64,000 nt of DNA from Rhina ancylostomus (Eukaryota): positions 33,407,129 to 33,471,128 of the forward strand of contig JARFYF010000050.1 in the NCBI GenBank assembly GCA_030265395.1. Direction: 5' to 3'. Below, piece by piece: positions 25,826-37,654 of the stretch. The notes beneath the pieces are model-generated. The model saw nothing but the letters and a program-made list of their open reading frames with translations. It ran no database searches and was not told the origin of the DNA. Each line of letters begins with the position of its first letter. The first letter of the stretch is position 1. The position numbers were made by a program, and so were the translations under genes.

Positions 25826-26416
25826 CCTTTTCCACCATATAATTTTACCAACCCAGGTACCTTACCAATGAAGGCCAAGTTCCAGACAGGTCTCAAAGGC
25901 AAAAACTTTTGAATGGTACTGTCCGAGAGCCACCAACAGATGCAAAGGGTCAAGGTTTGGGGACAGTGGGAAAATACTATGGGATGACCACTGACTTTGA
26001 CCTAAATATAAACTTGTTTCACAGCAGGGACTTCTTAGAACCATTAGGAGAATCCTTGCTGATGTATCAAGCCCTATACACCAAAACATTGACACCAAGC
26101 TTGAGCCACATCCTGAGTCTCGTCAGCTGTCAAAATAATTTCCATTTTCCAAGTGTTGCTGCTGGAGGTGGGAGTNNNNNNNNNNGAGTGTAGGTGGGCT
26201 GCAACAACACCCTTTCCCTCCAATTCCCTGTCTCTTTCTTTCGACCTCCTGCCACCCCTCTCGTTCTATGCCTCCTTTCCTTCTTGCTCTTTCTACTCCC
26301 ATGTTTTCTTTCTCAATTTTCTTCTCTTATTTTTTGACTTATAAAGCCATGTGTTTAATAAAAAAATACATTGAGCATTTACCTTGTGTCTTATTGAGCC
26401 TTATTATTCCTAATAG

Positions 26417-26530
26417 GAGCTGAATAATCGTTTAGCCGCAGAGATAACACGGCTGAGGACAATGATGACCAGTGACAATGGGGGTGATATTCCTACTCTA
26501 TCACAAGGCAAAGAAGTATATGAACTAGAG
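26417..26530 (+). CDS. MPRIP: MPRIP-family internal exon (ELNNRLAAEITRLRTMMTSDNGGDIPTLSQGKEVYELE)
   Basis: cctaatag|GAG acceptor and GAG|gtaacc donor, 114 nt, phase 0/0. Confidence 0.96.
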
Positions 26531-27238
26531 GTAACCATACATGTTAACATTAGATATAAGCTGATCTCAGGTTTGTTCCTGGTTAGGAATTTGATAATAC
26601 CAGACTGCAACACTGACTAGCTCCCACTTATGAAGATCTGAGCCTTGGGATTCTCAGATTACCTTCATTTTAAGAGTTATGTGATATTATTTTCCTTTAG
26701 TTTGGATGGAGCCTTCACATAGTGTGTAGATCAGGACTGGCAGTGCAGGAAAGGATGGGGGAAAAGAAGTCAAGCTTTGGATGAAGTGAACAGAGTGAAA
26801 TAATTAATGTTGGAGAGTTTGGGGAACTTGTGCAGGTTGTCAGGATGTAAACATAAAAGAATTCCTTCAACTTTAGATGTAGAAAGGTAAATTCGGAACC
26901 AGGCTATAAAATTTATGGTGGTTAAATGTGCACAACAATGAAAAGCATCCCATCTATTTAACACAAACAACAGTCTGGAGAAATTAAATTTTGAAAACAA
27001 TCAAAATAAGACTTTAAGATAGAATTTCATTGATTACAATGACAAGTGCACTCCCCATTATGTAAAGAAGGGACCCAATTTCTTTGTTACTGTAATCTGG
27101 TATGAAATAAGAAATGTTAAACCCAAGAGTAAGTTTAGGACAATACCTTTTCAATTGTAAAAGTATTCAGCTCATTTTGCTTTACAGGTTTTAGTGAAAT
27201 ATTCTGATATTTAATGTAGTTGTGTCCATTCTGCTCAG

Positions 27239-27325
27239 GTATTGCTGAGGGTCAAGGAATCAGAAATACAGTACTTAAAACAGGAAATTAATTCGCTGAA
27301 AGATGAACTGCAGACTGCTCAGCGT
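27239..27325 (+). CDS. MPRIP: MPRIP-family internal exon (VLLRVKESEIQYLKQEINSLKDELQTAQR)
   Basis: ctgctcag|GTA acceptor and CGT|gtaagt donor, 87 nt, phase 0/0. Confidence 0.97.
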
Positions 27326-27697
27326 GTAAGTAGTCTTCAAGCTGTACCTATTCTTGATGGTAGCTTTTTATTTTTGTTATAGCAAATGGTGTTTTTAAAA
27401 TTATTTCACCATCTTTATTTAGTTAAAAAATGGTGAATGCCAACATAATATTCAACTATGGCAGGCTCTGCAGATAATAGACACGTTGCCTTCATGTGAT
27501 ATCCACATGCAGTAGCATTTGCAGCAGCAACCTAGAGACATCAATCAGGGATTGGAGCTCTGATTCACTTACCCACCCCCCCTTCCTAAGGAGCACTGGC
27601 AAAATAATTCCAGATACAATCCCAGTTGAGATTGGCTCACTCAGTACAGATCAGGAATATATCACGTAACAACCTGATCTACATATCAATCAGGACA

Positions 27698-27998
27698 TTA
27701 GGATAGGATATCTTTATTAGTCACATGTACATTGAAACACACAGTGAAATGCATCTTATGCATAGAGTGTTCTGGGGGCAGCCTGCAAGTGTCGCCACGC
27801 TTCCAGCGCCAACTTAGCATGCCCACAACTTCCTAATGTGTACGTCTTTGGAATGTAGGAGGAAAGCAGAGCACCTAGAGGAAACCCACGCAGACACTGG
27901 AGAACGTACAAACTCCTTACAGACAGTGACCGGAATTGGACCCGGGTCACTGGCATTGCAATAGCATTACGCTAACCACTACAGTACTGTGCCTGCCC
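27698..27998 (-). mobile_element. Full-length, fairly young tRNA-derived V-SINE
   Basis: On the minus strand: head GGGCAGGCACAGTACTGTAGTGGTTAGCG (A box), GGGTCCAATTCC (B box), V-domain GCGTGGGTTTCCTCTAGGTGCTCTGCTTTCCTCCTACA, and tail with AATAAAGATATCCTATCC. Confidence 0.9.
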
Positions 27999-29692
27999 CT
28001 ACTTTTAATGAATGTCCTTAGTAAATTTGCTTCCATTCTTCAAATTGTTTGTGCAGTTATATAAAAATATTAGCCTTTCAATGTGCAGTTCAGGTAAATG
28101 AAAAGGCAAAAGGTTTTTATCCAACTGATGTTTAGTTGCTGTTCTGAGAAAGCCCTTGAGACCTTAACGTTTGCTTTTTCAAGGATGTTGGGGCAGGGGG
28201 AGAAGGAATTTGTGTGGTGCAGCGATAGCAACTTGCCTAAAGTAAAAATCACAGTATTCATTTTCCCACATGGTGTTCAGTGTCCAGAAAATTATAAATT
28301 CATTGTATTACATTATTAAGATTGTTATAAATCAAAGGAAATGAAATAGGAAGAACATTGCATCTCCCAGTTCTAATTAAGTTTGGATAGAATCTACATC
28401 TAATTTGCATACAATGTGCATAAGGCACAAAACCATACAAAGGAATTGTAGCTACTGAGAGGGAGCTTGCTGCAGACATAGGCTTTGAGAAAGCATGAGA
28501 ATTTTGCATTATTATGGACAGCCCCAGGCAAGCTTTGCCATTCCATGTAAATTGCTATAGAATTTCTCTTAGCACTTAAAAAAAATAAGCCCTTGAATTG
28601 TGGATTTGCTGCTGGAGTCAGGAGTGAAGAGAATTTTGCAACAGAGAACCAGCTTCCTGGTTGACTGAAAATCTTGCTGTTTTACTCCTGCTCCCCAAGA
28701 ATTCCATATTTGTCTTTTCTTTTTTAAAAAAAGGTCTGATTCTAAGAGTGCTAAATGCTTTTTACCCTCTTGACTGCCGGCCTTCACTCTCCTTCATACT
28801 TATGAATTGTGTATTTAATAGAGCATGAGACTCTTCAGGCTGCAGAATTCAGCTTCAATGACAACTTCCATTTGCAATTCAGAAAAAAAAGCCCAGTACA
28901 TTATGAAGTTTGCCTGTTGCAAGAGAGCCAGTATCAGTAGAACTGGACACAGCTTGCAAGACTTTAATGCTCACATCTGAAACTGTGATTTCACCATCCT
29001 TTTCCAATGCTAATTTCTGTATTCATTCAAATTAAAACATGATAGAGGTTGGAAAGATTGCAAAAGAAAAGTTAAGTGATGAATTTGTCCAAGGTCCTCA
29101 ATTCTGAACACATGCAAGAAGGCAAATGTCAGTCATACTTGCTTCTGCTTATTTGTTCACTCTGAAGTTACTGCATTTTCCTTTTTAAGCATGTTTAAGT
29201 ATTTTTAAATGTTTATCTTGCAATAAGATGAAATATTGGCATTGATTTCACTATTGCATCTTATTGTAACTGATTAAATTAGTGTGATAATGGAGAGGAA
29301 AGTGCATAAAGCATTAAACAGTAACACACAAAGCAAAGCATTTGAGAGCAGCCAGCAGAAAATTTCATTTTTTTATTGTTTTGAAGTACTTGGGATCTAC
29401 GATGAGTGATTGCTGTTGTGCTACCTGTTTAAAAGCTTCAGTGGCTGCTTCTGCTTTGACAGAAGATAAGTTAGTGAGGATGAGAGGGACCTGGACCAAC
29501 AGTCCACCCGGAACTCTCTAGAGTCCAAATAGTTTCTGTAAGTTGCCAGAAACTCTGGGTCAAATACAGAAATTTCCGAAGTATGTTCACCTTCATGTTC
29601 CTTCAGACTGGGCTGGCTGTCCTAGCTGTCTCTTCCTTATTCCTCTTTGTTTTAGCTTGCTTATCGTATCACCTCCATGTCAAGTACTAAAC

Positions 29693-29755
29693 TGTCCTTG
29701 TACTATTTATTAAGTCTAATAATTGTCCTTGTACTATTTATTTAAGTCCAATAAT
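29693..29755. repeat. Two-copy tandem duplication of about 31 bp
   Basis: tgtccttgtactatttattaagtctaataat followed directly by tgtccttgtactatttatttaagtccaataat. Confidence 0.9.
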
Positions 29756-29931
29756 GGTTGCAGTTGCATGTGGGAGAATGGCATATTTAGCAGTCTAGAG
29801 CAGAAACTGAATAGAGTTGTCAATTATAAATTCACCTGCTGCAGTATGTGGTTGGAGTGAAACTAGCCTGAAAGCCCCAGAAAATTTTATGACCTTGAGT
29901 GTAGATTACAACTGATTGCTTGCTTGTTGCT

Positions 29932-29949
29932 TAGTGCCATCTAGTGTCA
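29932..29949 (-). promoter_or_regulatory. Candidate CTCF site
   Basis: Minus strand reads TGACACTAGATGGCACTA, one mismatch from the CCACTAGATGGCAC core. Confidence 0.4.
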
Positions 29950-31372
29950 CTGAAGAAAATATCATCCATGAATATCGGGATGAATTGTGCTGGCTGATGG
30001 TCCAGTGGTCTGAGTTCCCATTGGCTGACTGTCTGGTGCTTCACTGGACTCTCCAATGAGACCAGTGACAGAGCAATAACTTCCTGAAGATGGGTTTCAG
30101 ATGCACTTTGCAGCTGGCCTTCAGCTTTATGCCAAGGAGAGCTGGCATCTGAATAGTGACCCTATTTTATGGAATAAGTTGTTAGTTATTTATTGGTATT
30201 TTAATGTGTTTTAATTGAATCCTTTATTTTGCATCTTTTTATTTTTTAGTTACTGAAATCTAAATAATTTTTGATAACTTCTGACTATCGGAAAAGTGTT
30301 TTGTAATCTTTGTCAGGAGTCAATAGCTATGAGGGAATTTTGGAGGCTGAGCCTAAAGACATTTAGTAAGGAGCTTTCTTTGCTTTACTAGATACCTGTC
30401 AAGTATGGAGGGTCAGTTCATTCAACCTTATATATCCAAGAAAAATTAGGATGGATGGGTGGGTATTGCAGACTATGAGTCTGGAGCACAGATTGGATCC
30501 ATAATAGGCTGGCCTATTAAAATGAGCAGTGTAAATAGAATTCATTTATCTTTACATTAATGCCATGTGCCTAAGCTTAGAACTCCCAGTAATAACCAGT
30601 TATTGTCGTTGTTACTTAGGTTAAAAATACCTATTTGATTTTACTGAACAAGTGCAGAAATGCAATTGACTTGTTCATCTATTTNNNNNNNNNNNNNNNN
30701 NNNNNNNNNNNNNNNNNNNNNNNNNNNNNNNNNNNNNNNNNNNNNNNNNNNNNNNNNNNNNNNNNNNNNNNNNNNNNNNNNNNNNNNNNNNNNNNNNNNN
30801 NNNNNNNNNNNNNNNNNNNNNNNNNNNNNNNNNNNNNNNNNNNNNNNNNNNNNNNNNNNNNNNNNNNNNNNNNNNNNNNNNNNNNNNNNNNNNNNNNNNN
30901 NNNNNNNNNNNATTAAGTTTGTTTACCTCTATGCTAAAGCTTATCTATTATGTTGTTTCATTAATTTTATGAACAAAATTCTTGTTTACGTATGATGGGA
31001 TTGAAAGTGAGAATAGATAATAGAGGGGTTCAAGTCAGAACAACTTTAATGTTTGATGGATTGTTTTCACCGTCACCAATGATCCCAGAGTTAATTGGAT
31101 TTGACACCGGAACAAGTTTCCTTGAAGTGTTGTAGTCCAGTATTGGTGAATGTCCCAAGTTGGTTGGACACTTGAGTGCTAAGATGATAGCTGTGGAAGC
31201 AGGAAACTATTTGTAATTTGGAGGAATAACTGTGCCAAAATTAGAACATGTGTGGAACCTGGAAGTTGAAACTGCTCTCCTTAAGTTTCAACAATGCTTG
31301 TTATTGAGGATGTAATCTCCCTAAAAAAAAAATTCATTATCAAGTCTGCAATAAGTACGTTTGTTTCTGCAG

Positions 31373-31535
31373 GATAAAAAATACGCTACAGATAAGTATA
31401 AGGACATCTACACAGAGCTAAGTATTGTGAAGGCTAAATCAGAGCGTGACATAAACCGACTGAAAGAGCAGCTGCAGCTGGCGCAGGAGGCACTGGGAGA
31501 ACAGCCTATGGATGAAACCGAGCACAGCAGATATG
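31373..31535 (+). CDS. MPRIP: MPRIP-family internal exon (DKKYATDKYKDIYTELSIVKAKSERDINRLKEQLQLAQEALGEQPMDETEHSRY)
   Basis: ttgtttctgcag|GAT acceptor and G|gtacag donor, 163 nt, phase 0/1. Confidence 0.96.
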
Positions 31536-32520
31536 GTACAGCAAACTGAAGAATTGGAACTAATTGTGCATATATTTTCACTCATTTTAAACAAACTGAA
31601 GTACTGTTCTGGTGAAGAACCATCACATTATATACTCTTTATACACTCGGGGATCCTGGGATCAACCTTCAAGAAAAGTGGTTGGGGCCAGGACACATTT
31701 AAGAGTGAATTTAATATTGTAGTGAGAAAACTGAAGGTTTGCAATTTTGGTTGAGTCTCCATACTGGAAATATGCATCAAATATAGCTTTATTTTAAATG
31801 AAATTTTCTCAAAGCTGAATTGATTTCACTTTTTGACTGCATAATTCCTCTTCACTTCAAAAGCTCCAATTTAGAAAAGCCCCATGTTTGATCACAATTT
31901 GTACTAATTTAATCAATCTCAGAAGTGCATTTGGGTGCTCAGTAATTGTTCTCAGAGAGCTCAAGAAGAGAAACTATTTCCATCCTTTTGTATTCTCAGC
32001 TATTATCCCATGATTTCTTGTTGGTGAGGGCACTATGTTGCATTCTAATTAAGTAGCCTGAGATGCTCGCTCTGGCGATAAGTTAAATGAATGGCTGGGC
32101 TTTTGCCTTCTAGAATAAAAGGTATAAACACCAGACGATACATCTTGAAAGGGAAATTTAGTTTCATGTTTACTGTGTGATAGAAAGTATTTACTTTTTA
32201 ACTCTATATTCTTAGGCATATTCTCATTTTAGTGCCTTTTCAATTTATTCTGTTTTCACCAGCTCTCCCATAGAATTACACTGTTCAGAAAGAAGACCTG
32301 GTGTTCTTTAATCTCTTAAATGCTCTTGGGATGTTCTCTTTGTTAAAGACACAGAGAAAATATAGCTTTCATTGTGGCTGGCACAGTGAAATCACTTTTA
32401 AGGCACATTTGCCAAATAGAGACATTTTAAAGTATGTGAGTGGTTTTGAACTTCTGTTTGAAATTGTCTTTAAGAAAACAGGATACTGGTTTTGAAATTC
32501 GGAATATATTTTTTTCTCAG

Positions 32521-32603
32521 ATATAATGAAATCAAAGAGCAATCCAGATATCCTAAAGATGGCAGCAGCAGCAAAACGAGCAGATCGAGCTCTGAGATCA
32601 AAG
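32521..32603 (+). CDS. MPRIP: MPRIP-family internal exon (DIMKSKSNPDILKMAAAAKRADRALRSK)
   Basis: ttttttctcag|AT acceptor and AAG|gtaatc donor, 83 nt, phase 1/0. DIMKSKSNPD is MPRIP-type and is absent from TRIOBP. Confidence 0.95.
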
Positions 32604-33334
32604 GTAATCTTTCATTTCCTCAACATCTCTAATGTCAGTTTAGCCTAAAGGAAAACCACTAATTTTGAGTACTCAAGTAAATGCATTAATATTGCCATAG
32701 GTATTCAGTCAAACATCCTTTCATTTTTCAACAATACTGGTCCACAAGGCAGTTTATAATGTACATAATGCTACAAACTTATGTGCACCTCTGAAGGTTT
32801 AACCAATGCACTCAGGTACCATTATGCAGATAAGCTCTTCAGGGAGAAGAGGACATTTCTGCATCTTAATAAGTAAACCCACTATATATCACATAATGCT
32901 TAATTTCAAATCACTGGGATTGGCAGGCATATCCAAACTCCCTTTCATCTGCATTATAATCTATCTTTTTAAAATTTAATTCAATACTGATCTAAAACCA
33001 CTGGACATGTAATGGAAGGAAGCTAGTTGTTTTGTGCAGCTGCTGAAAATTTTGATATGTTCTGTTATATGATTCTTTTATCTAGGAATGAGCACATGAA
33101 AAATTATAGTTAATTCACCAGAATTGTTTCAGATCACTTGTAAGGATCATCTGTGTTATGGAAGTGTCTGACGTATTCAGAACCTTAACAACAGCCAGTA
33201 CAAATCCTAATCTGTGCACTTTTCAAGTTCAGATCAATACAGCACAGTCCTGTCCTGACTGCCCTCTGGTTTAATGTATGGAAGTAGCAAAAAGGGCATT
33301 CAATTTAGTATTTTCACTTATGATGTAAGGAATG

Positions 33335-33585
33335 GTGAAAAACATGAGTCTAGATTCCAGTCAAATGGCCTGTACAAGACATTGCATACATGTAGACATC
33401 TGGTGAGGAATGGGATTTGACTCTGATTCTCTTCACTCATCGTAAACCTGCTAGCGCAATTGGTGAGTATCAATACTCACATAAAAATGACCACTTAGAC
33501 AATGTCCTAGAGAACTACGACATCCTTGGAACCTTACCACAGGATTAGTCTTCCTCTGAGTAAAGAGGGAAGAAAATTGGGTTGT
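33335..33585 (+). mobile_element. Old elasmobranch SINE-like repeat remnant
   Basis: gacatctggtgaggaatgggatttgactctgat...ctcacataaaaatgaccacttagaca. Related fragments lie near 44090-44350 and 46140-46350. Confidence 0.35.
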
Positions 33586-34726
33586 GGTTGGATACAATGC
33601 TTTAGTCTTTCTGGTGGTACAGGCATTCACAAGAAGGCTTTTAGTTCATGCAAACATAAGAATCTTGCAGTATAAACAAATACGTAACTTGATTTAGTGC
33701 ACAATTGAAAAAGAATCTCATCTTTGGGCCCTGCATCACTGATTTGACCCAGGGGTTCATAAGTGGTGTGTCTTCACATTTTAGGGTGATCTACCAAGTC
33801 AGTTTATATCATTAATTTTTATTTTGTAAAATGCACTTATCATATTAAATTGTCCCATGCAAAGCTGATCTCTGAAACTGATAGTTGAGTTTATCTCCCA
33901 GTCCTTAAATTGTTTTGCCATTCCAGGGTAATCACAACTGTAAACAAGTATAGTTTTCATTAACTATATCCTTTGTGTTAGTTTTATGATTTATAGTAAT
34001 AGCCCAAATGTAGAGAACTTGGCATCATAAAACTAGCATCATCTTCTAAAAGGTTGTATTATTTAAAAGCTCAAGGTTTTGGCAAGATCTCCATAGAAAG
34101 AATCCTTATCTTGATAGACATTGCATCAGTGGCATCAGATCAGCAGGAGTCATGAGATAACTTGGCACTTCAAGGAGGCAATTGTAGCATTGTACTGAGA
34201 AAATCAGGGGAGCAGGTTGCCTGTCTCTTGTGTGAGGTTGTGCAACTATGCCTGGGATATGTCTTAATATATACAAACTGAAAATAATAATGAGAACTTC
34301 TTATTGGGGTCAAAGATACATCAAAGCTATTAATGACATATTTTGCCATTTTGAGGTCACTGCTAAGACTTCATTTATCTCGCCCTAGATGCCATGTGCT
34401 GTGCACTGTCGATGTTGGCCAGACCCTTATGAGATCACTGAAGAGAGAGAAAGCAAAAAGTTGATCTGTATTATTAAGCACAAAAAAAAAGTGTTTTGAG
34501 CTATTTTTAATGATGAAGGAAGAGAGTAATGCCACTCAGATCACCTTGCAGGTAGAACTAATGTAGGTTATATCTAATTAATTTACATAAACCACCCTTT
34601 AAGATATCCTGTGTACTTCTGGGTGAAATCAAGCCAGAAATCTTAGTCTAAAATCCATGGGTTAACAGTGATGCTTTGTTTTCTAACCAACCTTATTTCA
34701 TTTTGCTCCCCTTCGTCGTCCTTTAG

Positions 34727-34759
34727 TCTGTGAGTAAAGAGGTGGCATGGGACAGCTAG
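34727..34759 (+). CDS. MPRIP: MPRIP-family alternative cassette exon (whole exon 34727-34790), coding SVSKEVAWDS*
   Basis: Branch-like ttctaac at 34681, long polypyrimidine tract, ctttag|TCT acceptor, TAG at 34757-34759 and TAG|gtaaac donor after 34790. Homologous to the human MPRIP SVIEQVSWDT* exon. Confidence 0.88.
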   Translation, partial: SVSKEVAWDS

Positions 34760-35178
34760 AGCTACCTGATGATTGACATCTTCCCATTAGGTAAACCGCC
34801 AACCACTGTCAGTTATTGTCACTGAGTCAAGGCATGTCACTGTGGGAGTTGGGCTGTTTTTATATGTGGGCATCCACTGGGGTCTATTTGGATTTGTTTC
34901 TTGGTCTCTGCTTTGGCCTGTGTGAAATTAAATCTCTTATTGCTGTGTCTACAAGCAAGATGACTCCAAAATTTGAAATTTGTATATAACTTCTCTGAAT
35001 TCTGCATGACATTATCAATAAATTTTATGGTGTAGCAGTGTCCCAATAATTGAAAGTATTCAAAGGGTATAGTTCTGCAGTAGGTCATATTGGAAGAATA
35101 ATCGTGAAAATTAAGTTATTTCTGTTCTTTGATTGTCTTGATTGCAAGCTGTCCGGAACAACTGGGAGAACCCATCTT

Positions 35179-35520
35179 CATAGAATCACGCAGCACAGAA
35201 ATGGGCCCTTTGCCCTACGTGTTCACACTGATCTTCTGTACTGATTCCATTTTCCAGCATTTGACCTGTAGCCCTCTATGCATTGGCAATTCAAGTGCTC
35301 GTCTGGATATTTCTTAAGTGTTGTGAGAGAACCTACCTCCACCAACCCCTCAGGCAGTGCATTCCAGATTCCAAAAATCCTGAGAGTAAACTACCTACCC
35401 TTACCTTAAACGTGCCTTCTAATTTTGTTCATCTATGCTATGGAAAAGTTGCTATTTACCCTATTTGTGCTGCTCATGATTTTGTAGATCTCAATCAGTT
35501 CCCAGCTCAGCCATTTCCAG
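35179..35520 (-). mobile_element. CR1 LINE 3' end (reverse)
   Basis: catagaatcacgcagcacagaaatgggcccttt...cctccaccaacccctcaggcagtgcattccagattcc. Confidence 0.75.
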
Positions 35521-37582
35521 AAATGGCACACTCAACCATAAAAAAGCAATAGATCTTAGCTCTCAACATTTTCAAATAGATTTACGGCTGCCAAAACTAA
35601 TAAGAGGTACGTAGACAAAGCAGGTAGTTGGAATTAAGACATTGGTTAATTATTATTCATTGAAGTGCAGAATAAGCTGAACAGGTTGAATAATTTATTA
35701 CCTTTTCTAAATTCACGTATTCTTAAGATATAACAATNNNNNNNNNNNNNNNNNNNNNNNNNNNNNNNNNNNNNNNNNNNNNNNNNNNNNNNNNNNNNNN
35801 NNNNNNNNNNNNNNNNNNNNNNNNNNNNNNNNNNNNNCACGTATTCTTAAGATATAACAATATCGAGATTAATGTGGTGACCACAACAGCATTGGAGGTT
35901 TAGTATATTCACTCGGCATGTGTTTTCTGTTTTCTTTTGAATGTTGTTTATTTCCACTGGTTTTGCAAATCGATGGAGTGCCGTGCAATTATTGAAAACT
36001 GAGTGTGTGTCTGAATGTGTTTGCATTATGCATGCTTATTCAAAACATGCTACAGAATTAAACCTCTTGCAATTTATGTCCATGGCTTGTACAGAATGTT
36101 CCACTCTGCTAAGCATCCCCCAATTTTTCACAAAAAAAGAATTTCTATTCATGTTGTCTTCACGTTTTGTTACCTTGAACCACAGAACTGCAGCTTATGT
36201 AATGGTTTAATTACCAACCAGACAGTAGCTTAGCCATCTGCAGACTGGGGCAGAGAAAATGGAAGTGTTGTGGAGTATGGTTTTCCTGAATATTCTAGTC
36301 TCTAATGAGTTAACCAGGCTTCCAAGTCTTATTGCTATAATAGTCCACGCAATAGCAATGTCTATTTTTGAAATAATCAGTGAGGAAGGACACCCTGCAA
36401 GCTAAAGTATTCCAGTGCATCATGCTATCAGTCAGGGGCTAAAGCCATGTACCTGAAATGGCTGTAGAGAGTCTGGCTAATTCAACCTTGTAATAATTTC
36501 TTGCACTGTATCTGTCTGATTGGCAGAAGACATGTTTTCCAACTTGATTTATGACATCAGTGTTTTAACAACCCATCCAGTCAAATCTGCCAGAGGATTC
36601 GGAGATGCATAGGTTTATATCTCATCTTGAAAACTTCTCCATCCCAAAATGGAATCTCATGCTCTGGTGCATCAATATGAATGCAAACCCACTGCATGAA
36701 ATTGTTCATTTATATTGGATCTCATTGCAAAAATAGCTGAAAGGATTTCTGATAAAGAAGTTAAAGTGTTATGGTGATACACTGGGAGAAGTTTGTGTTT
36801 GGAATTGAGGCATATTTGTCCATTGCAGAATCTTCATGTAGTATCAAACATCTTGTTGATCATTTTGCAGTTTTGTGACCAAAAACTGGGAAAGCATTTA
36901 ATTTCTTCGACACTGATCCTAATCCATAAACACATTGTCCTAATTATTTTTTGCAGTTTGATTAAGACTTCAGTTTTTGCCAGGGTACTAATTGCAGATC
37001 TGGAACTACAGATTGGATTATGTCTAACCCTCTGATGTGAAATTTAATTGTATTAGCTTAGATAATATGTTCTACGGAGTTGCAGTAAAAAACTTTTTAA
37101 AAATGTAATATGGACCATTATCAACCAAAGTGTTTATTTTGTTGCAGTTGTGTGGTATCTACTTTCATTGTAGCTTTCATTGTGTTTGTCCTTGCTGTGC
37201 CTGAATATATGCATGTACGGTAATATAACTGTTTAGTGATCGTTTAATCTGTTGATAAATATGCAAACTATTCCTGCTGTGTTGTCCATTTAAAGTTGAC
37301 TTTATGCACCAATAATTGCATTTCAATAAATATTAGACATCTGTCATACTTGAAATTTGGTTGTAAGAATAATTAGTCAAGGATTAATTTCACAGTGCTC
37401 TGCCATTTTATTTGTTATTGTTAATTAAAACTTAAACATGGTAATTTTTGACTACCTTCAGTCTAGATGTAAAAGCAAAGGATAATTGGGTACTGTGACA
37501 GAATGAAACATGAAATTATTATTTGTATGTTTTTATTGGTCTTTTAAAAAAACTGATTGGTTTTCTTGCTTTCCATTCACAG

Positions 37583-37654
37583 AGCCTCAAAGAAGGACTT
37601 ACAGTTCAGCAGAGGTTTCACCTATTTGAAAATAAGGAGACAAAAGAATTTTAA
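37583..37654 (+). CDS. MPRIP: MPRIP-family last exon, coding part SLKEGLTVQQRFHLFENKETKEF*
   Basis: ttccattcacag|AGC acceptor and TAA at 37652-37654. Homologous to human SLKEGLTVQERLKLFESRDLKKD*. Confidence 0.95.
   Translation, partial: SLKEGLTVQQRFHLFENKETKEF

Noticed and set aside
27925-27998. tRNA gene
   Set aside because: The A and B boxes belong to a SINE head that runs directly into the V-domain. No full cloverleaf is evident.
34757-34770. Stop-codon readthrough in the cassette exon
   Set aside because: TAG-A is not a known leaky context, and an in-frame extension has no support from homologues I know.
14644-37654. Assignment of the + strand gene to TRIOBP
   Set aside because: ENAHLAQALEAERQALRQCQRENQELNAHNQ, DIMKSKSNPD and SLKEGLTV are MPRIP-type. 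TRIOBP lacks these terminal exons.
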